NCBI GenBank assembly: GCA_043228905.1
Contig: JBHGNT010000014.1
Location: forward strand, 2,852,001 to 2,916,000
Direction: 5' to 3'
Source: Azolla caroliniana
Lineage: Eukaryota > Plantae > Polypodiophyta
DNA length: 64,000 nucleotides
The notes beneath the pieces are model-generated. The model saw only the letters and a program-made list of their open reading frames with translations, made no database searches and was not told the DNA's origin. Positions 34,101 through 47,139 of the stretch are shown one piece after another. Position 1 is the stretch's first letter. Every line of letters begins with the position of its first letter. The position numbers and the translations under genes were made by a program.

Positions 34101-36358
34101 TCATTAAAACGGTGTTCGCATTCACCCTTGGAGCATTTTCCTCCGTACTTTGTCTTTTTCGCTTCACGAGATCCACGAGAAGATCGTGGAACTCCTTCTT
34201 TGCTATTCCGAGTAGCTCCCGAAGCGAGAAATCTACCCGGCTATCCAAGATTCTTTCCTCGAACACTCTTTTCAAGTCGGTTTGTTGTTCTATGTCCGAG
34301 GCGAGCTTGAATGCCGGAGCCGGCCTTTTCTTTTCCCTTACCTCCAGAGTTCCAGCTTTCCGGTATCTTCGATGGCCCGGCCGCATCCTCCGTGTGTCGT
34401 CGTTTCTCGTCCACATACACCTTATGCAATTGACACAGGGCGTATACGCTATTCTTGTCGACAGGGCACTCCCATCCCGTAGCTTCCCGGACGCCTTCCG
34501 CGGTGCTTCGGATCTCGTTGGAGTCGGTTTTCTCGGTGTTTTCTAGAACTTCCGGCCAAAAAGACGTCTTTGCTCTCGATGACTCCCCGACACATATTCC
34601 CGCGGTTGTCGCATAGTTGCTTCTTGCCACCAATTCCTCCTCGAGCACCTTCTTCATGCCGCCTTTCCGGAAGTTCGGTCGGAGTGGCCTCCGAGAGTCC
34701 ATCGAATGAATCCGGTTTCCCTCGTAGTAGATGAGATCCCGCCGTAGCGCCTCCTTATGCTCGTCGCAATCCCTCCGATCGTGTTCGGCGCTATCGCACC
34801 ATATGCACCGTTGGTCCGTATACTTGGAGCTTGTGGGGCGATCATCCGACTTCTTCACCATCTCCTTCAATAGTTGCTCCACCGTAGATGCATCAATCCC
34901 CTTCTCGGTTGTAGTCTCTCGAGCCCTCGGTTGATGGTCTTCCAATCCGGTTCTCGGTTTCGGAATCGGTTCCGAAACCCTCTTTTCCTCGTCAGCAAGC
35001 CATTGCCCCCTCTTCGTGTATCGCGCGACGATATCCCGCACGCTTTCCCATGTTTCGGTGAGACCACTCTCCGTGGTCGTGTCCTCCAAGAGCACTCCGA
35101 GATCTTTCCGGTCCCGGACGTCCACGGCTCGCAAGAACATAATCACCTTGTCTGGTACGAGGATAGCTTGATCTCTCGCGGACAACCTCCCGAACCGGCT
35201 TTCGAATGCCGAAAACACATCAACAACCTTCAATCCCTTGTCTAGCGTCTCCACCCAATCTTCGAATCCCCTTCGCGTCGCCTTGGAGGAATCCTCGATG
35301 GCGAACGTCCTCTTTAGCTCTTCTTCAAACGCCTCCCATGTCGGATTTTGTTGTCGTAGCCCATGGATGCTTGCTTGAAGCCCGTCGGTCGCCACCCGGT
35401 TGAAGGACGTCACTTGCAGTCCTTCCGATATTCCGCACCGTAGCATCTCTGCCTTGTAGTCCCGAAGATACCGCGACACGTCTTTCCCGTTGAATTGCCC
35501 GTTTCGTTGCATGAGTCGCTCCACTGATGCCGCTATCTCCGACATCGCGCGTTGTTCTTGTAGCATGCGCTCGAACATCATCATCATGTTGCTAGCCTCC
35601 GGTTGATTTTCCATCTCCTTGCCACCCGGGTCTTCACGTCGGGTTCACCAACTGTGTCGTGCCCTTCGGCTCCGGATCGTTGCGTGAGTCGGGTGGGAAC
35701 CGCCGAGGTTTCTAACTAGGAGGAAGAGGAATACAACTTAAGGCTAGTTATGAATAGTGGAAAGAGAAGTAAGATAGCAATCTCGTGAATCCCACGAGTT
35801 TAGTGTAATTAAAACAATATTTAGATTATAAGAGCAATTAGATGGCAAAATTCGTGAATCCCACGAATATATTAGATTGATCAATCCTTGTATATTAATC
35901 AACAACCTTATACATATTTCTCTCCTCCTTATATAAAGATGGAAGAGGCTAAGCACGGCTTCATGCTTTTTCACCTAAAATGTCCATGCACACTAAATGT
36001 GCATGTGATGCTTTGCCATTTCCTAAATATAGGGCTCATGCACGCTAGATGTGCATGAGTCACTTTTAATGTCACGTGTAAATAAAATATTCACACTCTA
36101 AAGAATACATGATTTTTACCTTTTAATAAAGGTATGTGTAAATAAAGGTCTTATACGTATTAAATCTATATTTATAACACTAAAGATAAGTTATTACAAT
36201 GGTAAAGTTGGGGTTTATCTTTGTGGAGGTGCATGGTTCTAATCTTGCCCTATGCACGTGATAAATTCTTTTGATATATTATTTATTTATTTATATGTAT
36301 CTAAAATCGGATATATTATTTTATGGTTTTCACGTAGTGTGTGGAATACACTACGACA
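31138..36358 (-). mobile_element. Ylt1-like Gypsy element (family B), 5' part; truncated in integrase
   Basis: LTR 35655-36358 (TGTCGT...ACGACA), tRNA-Trp PBS 35633-35650, gag 34241-35614, protease 33697-34416, RT 31961-33700, RH/IN fragments to 31138. Confidence 0.92.
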
Positions 36359-39096
36359 ACGGAAGTTCGGAGGTTCCTGGGGGCATGCGCGTTCTACCAC
36401 ATATGGATCCCGCATTACGCCCACGTTGCGGAGCCGCTATACGGGTTGCTGAAGAAAGGGCGAAAATTCGAGTGGCGAGACGAGCACACGGAGTCGGTCC
36501 GGAAGCTGAAGGAAGCTCTTGCGGTAGCACCGGCGCTCCGGAAGGCTATCTACAAGAAGGGTACCCCGGTATACATAATGGTGGATACAAGTCCGACCGG
36601 GATCGGATGGGTCGTCAACCAAGAAGACGAGGACGGCATTCGGTTCCCGATTCGATTCGGCGCGAAGGTCCTCAGTGAGCGACAGCGAGGGTACGCCCAG
36701 GTTAAACGCGAACTCTGGGGTATCGTTTCGGCAGTAAAGGCCGACAAAGGCTACCTGATCAGGGCAGAAGTGATTATCGAGACGGATTGCCTGCCAATTC
36801 TCGGCATGGTTTCCGGATGCGCGACACCGGACCTGGCGATGCTCAGGTGGATAGCATACATCAAGTCCCTGGACCCGGAAATACGGCACATTTCCGGAAA
36901 GGACAACGCCATGGCCGACATGCTTTCGAGGGCGAGGTTTGATGACGAGGGCGGCATGGTTTCGGAGGACGAAGAAGTCGGCGTGGACTTCTTCGAGGCA
37001 GCGTACGTGACGACCGATGGGACGAGCACTCTGGCACTTAACGACTTCGACGAGAGCAAGTACGACGGCGAGTGGCTCCAAATCGGTGGATTTTTGAGGA
37101 CGATGACGCCGGATGCGTCGTGGACGAAGGACGAGGCCAACCGGATCCGGAAGAAAGCTTACCGATTCTTTCTCCGGGACGGATACTTATGGAAGCACCC
37201 GAAGAAGAGGAACGGCGTCCCGCTCCGAGTGGTGGCGATGAAGGAAGAACAGGAGGAGCTGCTGACGGGCTACCACGACAACCCTTGGGCCGGACACCGT
37301 GGAACGTGGGCCACGTTCGAGAAGATAAAGGGGAAGTACTGGTGGCCGGGACTGTACCGGGACGTGCATCGGTTCGTGACAACTTGCGAGAGCTGTCAGA
37401 TGCACTCCATAGTCCGGCATCGGGACGAGCTTCACCCTACGTACCCTCCGACCATCCACTTCAAATGGATGGTAGATCTGGTGACGATGCCGATGGGCGT
37501 AGGACAGATGCGGTATCTGGTCCTGGCTCGGGAAGATCTGACGAACCAGGTGGAAGGCCGAGCCCTTCAGAACAAAATGATCGCGGCCGTATGTCGGTTC
37601 CTGATCGAGGACGTGATATGCCGGTACGGGTGTGTCGGGAAGATCGTGGCTGATCGCGGGGAGTTGGACGCCGAAGAGGCCGAGGAGCTGTTCGACCGGC
37701 TAGGAGTCAAGCTCTCGCTTACCACTACGTACAATCCGGAGGCGAATGGGAAGGTGGAGCGCGGACACGGACCGATCGTCAAGGCGTTAGTTCGGGCATG
37801 CGGAGGTCAAGTCGGGAACTAGCCGCGGCTGTTGCCTTACGCGTTGTGGGCGGACCGAACTACGCACAGTTCGGTAACCGGATTCATGCCGGCAGAGCTC
37901 ATGTTTGGGCAGAAGCCGATCATGCCAATGGAACGTACGATCTCCTCATGGGCAACCGTGGACTGGAGAGACGAGATGAGCCGGGAGGAACTGTTGACGG
38001 CGCGCATACGGCAGCTCGAGCGAAGACCAGAGGACGTAGAGCGAGCTACGGAAAAGCTTCGGGTGGCAAGGACGAGGAACAAAGCCTGGTTCGACCGAAC
38101 GCACCGGCTCCGATCGAAGAAGATCGAGGAAGGCGACTGGGTGCTAGTCTACGACAGCAGCCTCGACAACCAGCACCGAGCAACACGGAAGTTCGCAAGA
38201 AGGTGGTTCGGGCCTTACGTGGTACAAAGCGCCAACGACAACGGGACGTACCATCTGGCGGAGCTCGACGGCACGAGAATGGCGATACCGGTAGCTGGGA
38301 AGCGGATCAAAGCGTTCAAGAAGCGTCACGACGACGAGCCGGATCCGGATAACCTGGACCGGGACGACGAACGATCCGAAATCGAAGAAGAACCGACGGG
38401 CGGGGAATAAAGGCTGGACCGGTTTTCTCCGTCCCAACTCAATTTGGCGCATGCCGGTGGATGCGCGGTTAGGTGGGGGCGGTTGTCGTGAAGAAAACCG
38501 TCCACAAGCGGAATCGGTGCACCGGAGCGTAGGAACCGGCTCTTCATACACGTGCGCCTTATGTTGTACATAGAAGATCCTCGGTAGGTAGGAAGTTAAT
38601 AGGAAACGGCTCCTTCCTTGCCTATAAAAGGAGGGAGACAAGGAGGGGAGGGGGAATCGCGAAGTAAGGGAGGACGAAGTGCTGTCGGATTGTGGGCCGA
38701 AGGCTTCTCTCTCTTCCAAACTCCATAGCTTATTTCTGTGCAGGTTTCGGGAGGCTCGCGCTGCTCTGAGGAATGCCCGAGTGCTTCCGGCAGCACCTCC
38801 AACCTACTTCTTCCTTTCTGTACGTTTACGAACAGGCATCGGCATCTGTTCGCCGGCCTGTTCGGTTGTAACCGACTTCGTGCTTGTTGTTTGTCTTGTT
38901 TATATATATTTCTACATACATTCGTGTCTCTCTGTGTCGCTGTCGCACTCGTGTCTCTGTGTCGAAGGGCCGTGTCACTGTAAATCTACGCTCGCACCTT
39001 GTGGGTCTCTTCCCCTCTCCTTTTCTCTCTTACTCTTCGGTACAGGACCCCCGAGGTCCTGCCTCATTCCACGCATCCGCGAGGGATACCTCGACA
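36359..39096 (+). mobile_element. Family A copy 3, 3' half (RT end-RH-IN, PPT, 3' LTR)
   Basis: ORFs 36341-37822 and 37832-38410 (single TAG), PPT AGGTGGGGGCGG at 38471, LTR 38484-39096. Confidence 0.93.
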
Positions 39097-41460
39097 ACGG
39101 TCCAGTTCATTCTCTTAGCCAGACCGTTAAGCTCTGGCATCTTCGGCACGGTATACTCGAGCCGGATTCCCTACGCTCGACAATATTCTTCGAACGGTCC
39201 AAAGTACTGTCCGCCATTATCTACTTGAATTGCCTTCAGTTTTCGGTCGGTTTCCCTCTCGACCCTCGCTTGGAACTCTTTGAAGACGCATAACACTTGA
39301 TCCTTCGTCTTCAGCACAGAAACCCACAACTTCTGGCTACAGTCATCTATGAAGTTCACGAAATACTGTGAACCATCATGTGACTTTGTGTCCACGTAGC
39401 ATACGTCCGTATGCACAAGTTCCAACGGCATTTTCTTTCTCCTCAAGGGTCTCGATCGAAAGGCAGTTATGTTCTCTTTGCCGACCAGGCAATCGGCACA
39501 CATATCCAAATGCACTTTCTTTACCTCTGGTAGGAGTTCCTTTTCGGCTAGCATCTGCATTCCCTTCTGGCTCATGTGGCATAGCCTCTTATGCCACAGC
39601 TCACCCATTGTATCGGCTGCCACGTTCACTTCCCCTCAACATAATCGAGCATTCATTATGTACAGTGTGTTGGTTTTTCGGGCTCGAGCCACGATCGGGC
39701 TTCCCTTGCAGAACTTCATGACGTCGTTCCGGATGCTACTCGTGTAGCCTTCATCATCCAGCCGACCAGCTAATATCAAGTTCAGTCAAACTTCCGGAAC
39801 GTGCCGAACATCTCTAAACATTAGTTTGCACCCGATCAATGTCATCAGACACACATCTCGAATGCCGACGATTCAACATGCTCTTTCATTCCCCATTTTT
39901 ACAAGACCGTGGTCTCCGGCCTTGTATGATGAGAAGCACTTTCGGTCGGGGGTTAAGTGAAACGATGCATCCGAATCAACCACCCATGTCAATTCTTCGT
40001 TGACGAGATTGACCTCATTTTATTCACTAATGAACAACAGCTCCTCTTCACTCGTGGCAATTGTTGAGGTATTCTTTCTGTCCGGTATTTTCTTCAGTTC
40101 TACACCATCAGTTCCCCCTTTCTCCTTTCGAAAGTGTCGACAATTCTTTTGGAAGCACCTCAGCTTTCCACAATAGAAGCACATGGGCCTTCCCCTCAAC
40201 TTCGACCTGGTCCCTGACTTATCTCAGTTTTGGGGACTTCGGCTTCGGCTTCTTCCCTTAATCGTGTCACCTTCCGTGACAAAGGCCTTCTGGTCGATAT
40301 TGAACTCTCGGCCCTTCCCGCGAGCTTCTTCATTCAGCAAGCTCGACTTCACCTGCTCTAGGGACAGATGCTTCCCTTGTGGTCTCACGTTGCCTAATGT
40401 GACAACCAGTGTTTCCCAGTTGTCCAAAAGGGATCCCAGCAACAACAGTGCTAATACCTCATCTGCAAGAGGTACTTCCAAAGAGGTGGTTTGATTCATC
40501 AATCCTTGGAAGGCATTGATGTGCTCCGCCATGTTGGAGCCATCTTGATACTGGAGTCTCACAATTTTCCTGAAAACGGAGACTCTGTTCACGGCGTTCT
40601 TGTTTTTGAACATCATGCCAATCTTCTTCCAGAGGACGTCGGCACTCGTCTCTTCATCAAAGTTGTTGTATAGACTCATGTCTATAAAAAACCTTATATA
40701 TGTTGCCGCCTTTAGATGCATGAGATGCATGACTTCCCAAGTCGATGCATCAATCTTGTCTGGTCTTTTGTCTCCGAACTGCACCGACAACCAAAGGTCT
40801 TTGCACACGAGCATGTCTCTCATCTTCGACTTCCACATTGAGTAGTTGGAGCCGATTAACTTGAACATGCCGCCGAACGAGTCTTCCATCGCTTTGATAC
40901 CACTTTGTTGAGAATCAATCGGCCACAACCAGTTACACGTATGTGTTTGGGTGCATAGAAACGAACGAGACAATGCACAGACAGAAACGAGTGGCAGAAA
41001 ACGAAGAACAACAGAAAGAACAAAGACACCGATATTTTACGTGGAAAACCCGAAATGGGAAAAACCACGAGGGTCGACAAAACCTGAGAAACAGAATCAC
41101 TATATGTAGAGAGGAAATACAACAAGAAACTCAGAGGCTACGACCTCAAGATCTTCTTCGTCAACAGACGGCTATAGAGTTACGCACTAACTCTCTCTCT
41201 CTGTCAAGTACACAGTTACAGAGGCCACTACCTTCTTGTAACTCACAACCTAATCATACAACAATGATCTACCCAAACATAAAGTTTGCCCTAGTATATA
41301 TACTTATACAAATTTATGGCTATTTACATACATAGCCCACATGGGGCTCATTTCGACTATTTACAAATATAGTCTCTCAAGTTGGTTATATCCTTGATGA
41401 GTAACTCAGCTCATCAACTCGGCTCTTCTCTTCCCATCTAGAGGGACCTGTTTCCCAACT
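39097..41460 (-). mobile_element. Decayed Ty1/Copia element, 5' half
   Basis: LTR 40906-41460, iMet PBS (GCTTTGATACCA 40891-40902), gag 40224-40973, GAG-pre-integrase and integrase 39171-39629; related to the element at 48601-53887. Confidence 0.88.
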
Positions 41461-42799
41461 CTAAGATGGAGGTTGAAGAAATTGTTTCTTAAAGATGTCA
41501 ACAAAGTCATCCCATGCACTAGGCAACTTTTGGGCATTGTCAAGCCCATGCCACCAAGCAACAACTTTACCTCCAAGCTCATGACTAGCATAGGCAATCA
41601 TCATATGATCTAGTTTGGGATGAAGCTCGAAACGAGACCCCCAAAGACCAAGCCAAGTACTAATAGCTTCTTTGGTCCATTCCTTCTTATTTCATATGTA
41701 AGGTTTCATCACTAAGGATTGTTCACCTTGCTTGTCCTCTTTCAAGGAAGAATTCACGTGCATATCCAACACGTGAAACTCAAGAGCTCCGTGAGATCTC
41801 TGAAACCCTAAATAACCACTAAGGAGACATAAAATAAATTATTGTTCCTTATCTCTATATTGAATGACCATGGCGCCTCCTGGAGGCTCAATCATGTTTG
41901 TTGACAAAAAGCATGATCCAATCACTTTAAGAATGAAATGCAAACATTGCCCACGTATGTGGTTTCAACTCCTTAAGTCCAACTCTGGGACCCCAAATTA
42001 CACATTACAAATGCAAGATTGAATGTCTATGTTTACTAAAGTCATCTCAATGTTTATTCATATTTATTTTTCTCATCATGAGCATATTGATGACATATGA
42101 TACTCAAGTGTGTGTAAGGTCATGGTTCGTCAATTCTTATGTATTGTGGTCAATAAAACAAATTTTAATCCAACCCAATTGTAAAAATATACACTAGAAT
42201 ATGAGAATGTTAACAATGTGTCACCGACTGTGCACCTATATAATTTATTTATTTATTTTTGTTGAAAGTATAGATCTATAGCAATAAATCAATATGTATG
42301 TTAATACAGATATATATACATCATATAGGTCAACAAAATACAAGAACATAAATAAATAAATATAGATTATCAAAATTGAGTGAAAATTAATAAAAGCATC
42401 CTAGAGCAAGAAAAAAAAATGCAACATAACACCATAACTATTTATGGAGTTTTGTTAGTTGTAGATAATTTTAAAAGAAAAAATTTATTGAATTTATGTA
42501 TTTAGATATATATCTATATAAATGTGTGTGTGTGTGTGTGTAATTTTATTTTTTTAAATTAATACATTATAAAAAACTAGGTGGAACAAGCAAAATCGGC
42601 GATATGCAACATGTGCACATGTACATTAGGAAATGTACATAAAAATAAAAGGAAAAGGAAAGGAAAGGGCATTGATGGAGTTAATAAAAGGGAATAAATG
42701 TGATGTGTGCAATGGTCCACATACACACGTATAGGGTAGTGGGGGAGTGTGAAAGTGAGGGGGATTAAATGTACTTCTCCCATCGCCCCTCTAGATATT

Positions 42800-43005
42800 G
42801 AATTTGGTTGTACCCACTGAAGCCATCCAGGAAACTGTACATCTCATGGCCTATGACCGCGTCTAGAACCCCACCAATGAATGGTGGAGGGAAACCATCG
42901 GTGATGGTCGCGACATTCAACTTCTGATAGTTGATGCAGACTCGGATCTTGCCATTTTTCTTCAGTACGATGACAATCAGACTAAGCCATGTGGCTTGTT
43001 TGACA
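42800..43005 (-). pseudogene. Gypsy RT fragment
   Basis: Manual translation WLSLIVIVLKKNGKIRVCINYQKLN...YSFLDGFSGYNQI. Confidence 0.8.
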
Positions 43006-43122
43006 TGTTGACTATTAGGCCGATAGGACGGCCATGATGACTATTAGAGCTAGATCCTAATATAAGCATATGATAATGATATAATAGATAGATAGAATAG
43101 AAAGGAGAGAGAGAAAGAAGGG

Positions 43123-43378
43123 TGTTGATCTTTTGAGAATCGTACTCGGCCACAACCGAGTTTCAAACTCTAATGGAAGATTAATAGAGAATTGGAACAA
43201 TGCACTTACACATATAAACGAGACAACACCGAATGTTAACGTGAAAAACCTCGAGAGGCAAAACCATGGGAGTTCTCTAACTCCGAACACAATCACTATA
43301 GAGAAGAGGTACAACAATGTGAGACTCGGAGGCAACGACCTCACGCTCTAGCTTCGCCAACCGGCGGTTACAATAGGA

Positions 43379-43380
<2 letters not shown>
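43123..43380 (-). repeat. Truncated Copia-family LTR
   Basis: Shares TCGGCCACAACCGAG, ACGTGRAAAAC and GGCAACGACCT motifs with LTRs at 40906, 47887 and 48601. Confidence 0.75.

Positions 43381-43446
<66 letters not shown>
43381..43446. repeat. (CT)n microsatellite
   Basis: 33 CT units seen directly. Confidence 0.98.
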
Positions 43447-43453
<7 letters not shown>

Positions 43454-46400
43454 GATGTTACATTCCTCATCAAGATTCTAACTTTTATGCTTGTTTGGAT
43501 AAAGATTGCCAATCTAGAAGTTATTGCAAACTTCTATGGCATGCCTGAGATTTCAAATACAGAAACTTACCTACAATATACCCAGAACTATACTAAATGC
43601 CTCTCTCTGTAAGAAATAAAAACCAAAGCACATAAGACCCAAATATCCAAAGCCTCTTCCATAAACATCGTTTAAACATACAGAATCATTTGCAAGAATC
43701 TATATGAGTTATTGCTGACCAAAAGCAAATTCTTTGCGAACACTTTATTCCCATCCATTGGTTGACATGTCTTTGCCTTCAGATCAACGAAGTGGCTGCG
43801 CAACCAATTGCTGCCCAGAAGGAAACTCTCGGTTGATACTTTCATCAAGATTCTAACTTTTATGCTTGTTTGGATAAAGATTGCTTTGGATATTGCTTAT
43901 TTCAAATCCAAAGGGGAAGTTATTGTCTTTGGTGACATGAATGCTCATACAAGAAGTTTCCAACTTGATTCACAAGAATCTTTCATGCCACATATCTCAA
44001 GGATGCAAGAGGATATGCAAATGTATAGCCGCTCTTCTAGCGATGAAAAAGATCCATACCAATTTGGGAAGTTGCTCTTACAAATGTGCAATAGTACCGG
44101 ATTGCTTATTGCAAATGGTATTTCTTTATGGCCCAACACTAATGGTTTTACATGTAGAAAACACAACGGAAATAGTGTGATTGACTATGTGCTACTTTCC
44201 GAAGGTATTTTGGATCATATACATAAATTCTCACTTGGTGAATGGACACCGGAATCCGGTCATAAGCCTTTATGTATTGATCTCAAATGTATGCATAGGT
44301 TTGATTGTGAGAAGAATATGGAAGATAATAAACAACCACACTTGAGCATGAACCTTAAGCGAGCGCCCATGTATTCCAAGATGGTTGAGGATATGTTCCA
44401 AATGACAAAGATACAACATGGTGCCACACTAGAATGCAAATGGGAAGCTTTCAAGAAAGTCATTCTCTCATGCACAAACAAATATTTTTCGTCCAACCGC
44501 ACATCTTCGAAATGCACCAAGAAACTTAGGAAAAAATGGTTTGATAAAGAATGTCGTGAAGCTCAAAAGTGCCTTATGGTTTTGGATGTAGTTAAGGATA
44601 AAGAGAATTACCAAAAGCATTTGCATGAGTATAAAAGGCTTATTCAAAGAAAGAGAAGAATATGGGAAGATACTCAACAATTTATCGAAACTCAAGAGAA
44701 AAGCACACGCATGTGCTAAATTTTGGGGAAATCTAAAGGGGAAACGTGTTGAGAGTTATGGTGACTTAACTCTTCACGACTTGTGTATGCATTGTAAGAA
44801 TTTATATGAGTTATCTCTTGCTGGAAAGATGATGTGTTATGGTTCTCTTTCACATATGTCCCCCTTCTTTACAATTGAAGATATATGCATAGGACTTAAG
44901 AAATTGGCCTCTCGAAAGGCAAGCGATCTTCAATGTATAATGGCTAAAATGCTCAAATGGATGGGAAAGGAAGCACATGTATGGATAAACGATATGTTTA
45001 ATGATGCATTGCAACATGGTATGTCGTATGATTGGACTACAAATTGGATCAAACCTTTACATAAAGGTGGAGATATAAATCATGTAAACAATTATCGAAC
45101 CATCATGGTTGGCTCATTAATGCCAAAACTATTTGGATGTATAATGGAATCAAAGACAAGTGTATGGGCTGAAAAAAATGGTAAGAGAGCTTATGGACAA
45201 GTTGTCTTTCGAAAACACCCTAACACCATTGATCACCTTGTCACCCTTCAAGTATTAATGGAGGAAAGTCGCCTTAGAGGTAAAGGTATATATTGTTACT
45301 TTGTAGACTTCAAGAAAGCTTTTGATATGGTACCTCGTGAGCATCTTTGGAGGCGAATGGAAGAACTTGAGGTGCTAAGTGAATATATGCTTGCAATTTC
45401 CCAAATTTATGAGAAGATTATATGTTGTCGGCGTATGAGAGATAAACTTTCAGATTTTTTCAAATGCACTATTGGTATTAAGCAAGGATGCCCACTCTCA
45501 CCAACACTATTTGGTCTATGCATTGATGAATTGGAAGAAATGGTTACCAAATTTGCAAAGGAAGAATGTGTTGAAGATGTTGCCATTGGGAATGTTGTGA
45601 CTATGCTTTTACTATATGCCGAGGATGTAGTGCTTTTAGCAAATACTTTAGGACATGCACAAAAGCTTATGAAGGCATTGGAAAAAATTTGCATGCATAC
45701 TAAATTAAGTGTCAATAGCTCTAAAACAAAGATTATGCTTGTGAAGAGCCAAAAAAGAGATAAACCATGCATTATGTACAACAATGAGCCACTTGAATGT
45801 GTGGAAAGCTTCAAATATCTTAGCCTTGAAGTTCCTTCAAATCATAGATGGAATGAATGTGCTACACGCCGCTTAGAAGGGGGTAAGCGAGCATACTATG
45901 CATTTGAGAACACATGCAAACTTGGAGATATTAAGTGTTGGGTCCTCAAGAAATATCTTTTTGACGCTTTGGTGACACCGGTTCTTCTCTATGGGGTGGA
46001 AGTATGGGGTGGTAGCATCCCTAAATCTATGTGGAAAGAGTTTGAAATTGCCCAAAAACATTTTTTTACAAAGTTTCTACAAGTTAAGAAACAAACGCCC
46101 TACTCCCTCCTCTTTGAGACAGGATTGCTTCCCATTGAGATCATGGCCATGGAAAGGGTTGTTGAATACATGCTTAAGGTTCAAAAAAGTCCCTCACATC
46201 CACTTCCTAGAATTGCATGGGAAGCAAGGAAAAAGATCCAAAAGACGCATAAAAACAAGATTTTGTGTTCCGGTTGGATGCAAGATATAGAAAAATGGTT
46301 TGGTAGATGGGATGCGAGACACTTGCTTCATGATGCATCACTAGGTTCCTCTATAAATGAGGCCTTTTTGTAACGCCCATGTATCATGACATGGGACAAA

Positions 46401-46888
46401 TGTAAAGGCTCACGCTTCACACATTATACTACACATGTTGCACCTAACTACAAAACCATATTCTTTGCGGAACGGGGAAACCGTACACATCGATACATGT
46501 TAGAGCCCATATTGTTATCTGCCATTTGAACCATTGCTTCCATGCGACTTAGCTCACATGCATTGCAATGTGAGACAGAGCGTTGGGGCACAAGTGATGA
46601 GCGTGGTCAACTATGCACACTTTGCCCTAAACAAGTTCGCGATTCTGAGTATCACACTTTGATACAATGCTCTGCCTTTGATCATATTTGACCATGCTTT
46701 CCACATCTCTTCGACCGAGCTCAATCCTTGCATGAATTCCTCTCGCAACCACAACGTGCTCTCTCAATTGCAACATTCATTGGTAAAGTTCTTGAACATC
46801 GAGAGTCACTACTCACTTTCATACGTATCACATGAAATGTAATATTTTTGGTCTCATAGGTCATATTTAACCTCCGAAGACGATAATA
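43447..46888 (+). mobile_element. RTE-like LINE, 5'-truncated in the endonuclease, degenerate
   Basis: APE motifs GDMNA and IDY in 43808-44719; RT in 44625-46373 (GIKQGCPLSP, YAED); 3' end matches 59686-60178. Confidence 0.93.
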
Positions 46889-46892
46889 TATT

Positions 46893-47139
46893 TTCTGGAT
46901 CCATCCGATCCGGTTTCCCAACATTAAATTCTCGAATTATTTTAGAACGTAAATTTTTCGTTTTAACATCAAGAATTCTCACTGATACATGTGGTTTAGA
47001 AGATAATTCCTCAGAAGTAACCAGAGTTTCAATTGTAACTATATTGTTGCCAGAACCAAGAAGTTCTTTTAGACAACTTACATGAAAAATTGGATGGATT
47101 TAGACGCCATCAGGAAGAGAGAGACAGTAGGCTAATCGG
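46893..47139 (-). pseudogene. Gypsy integrase C-terminus / chromodomain-start fragment
   Basis: Manual translation AYCLSLPDGV*IHPIFHVSCLK...RILDVKTKNLRSK. Confidence 0.7.
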
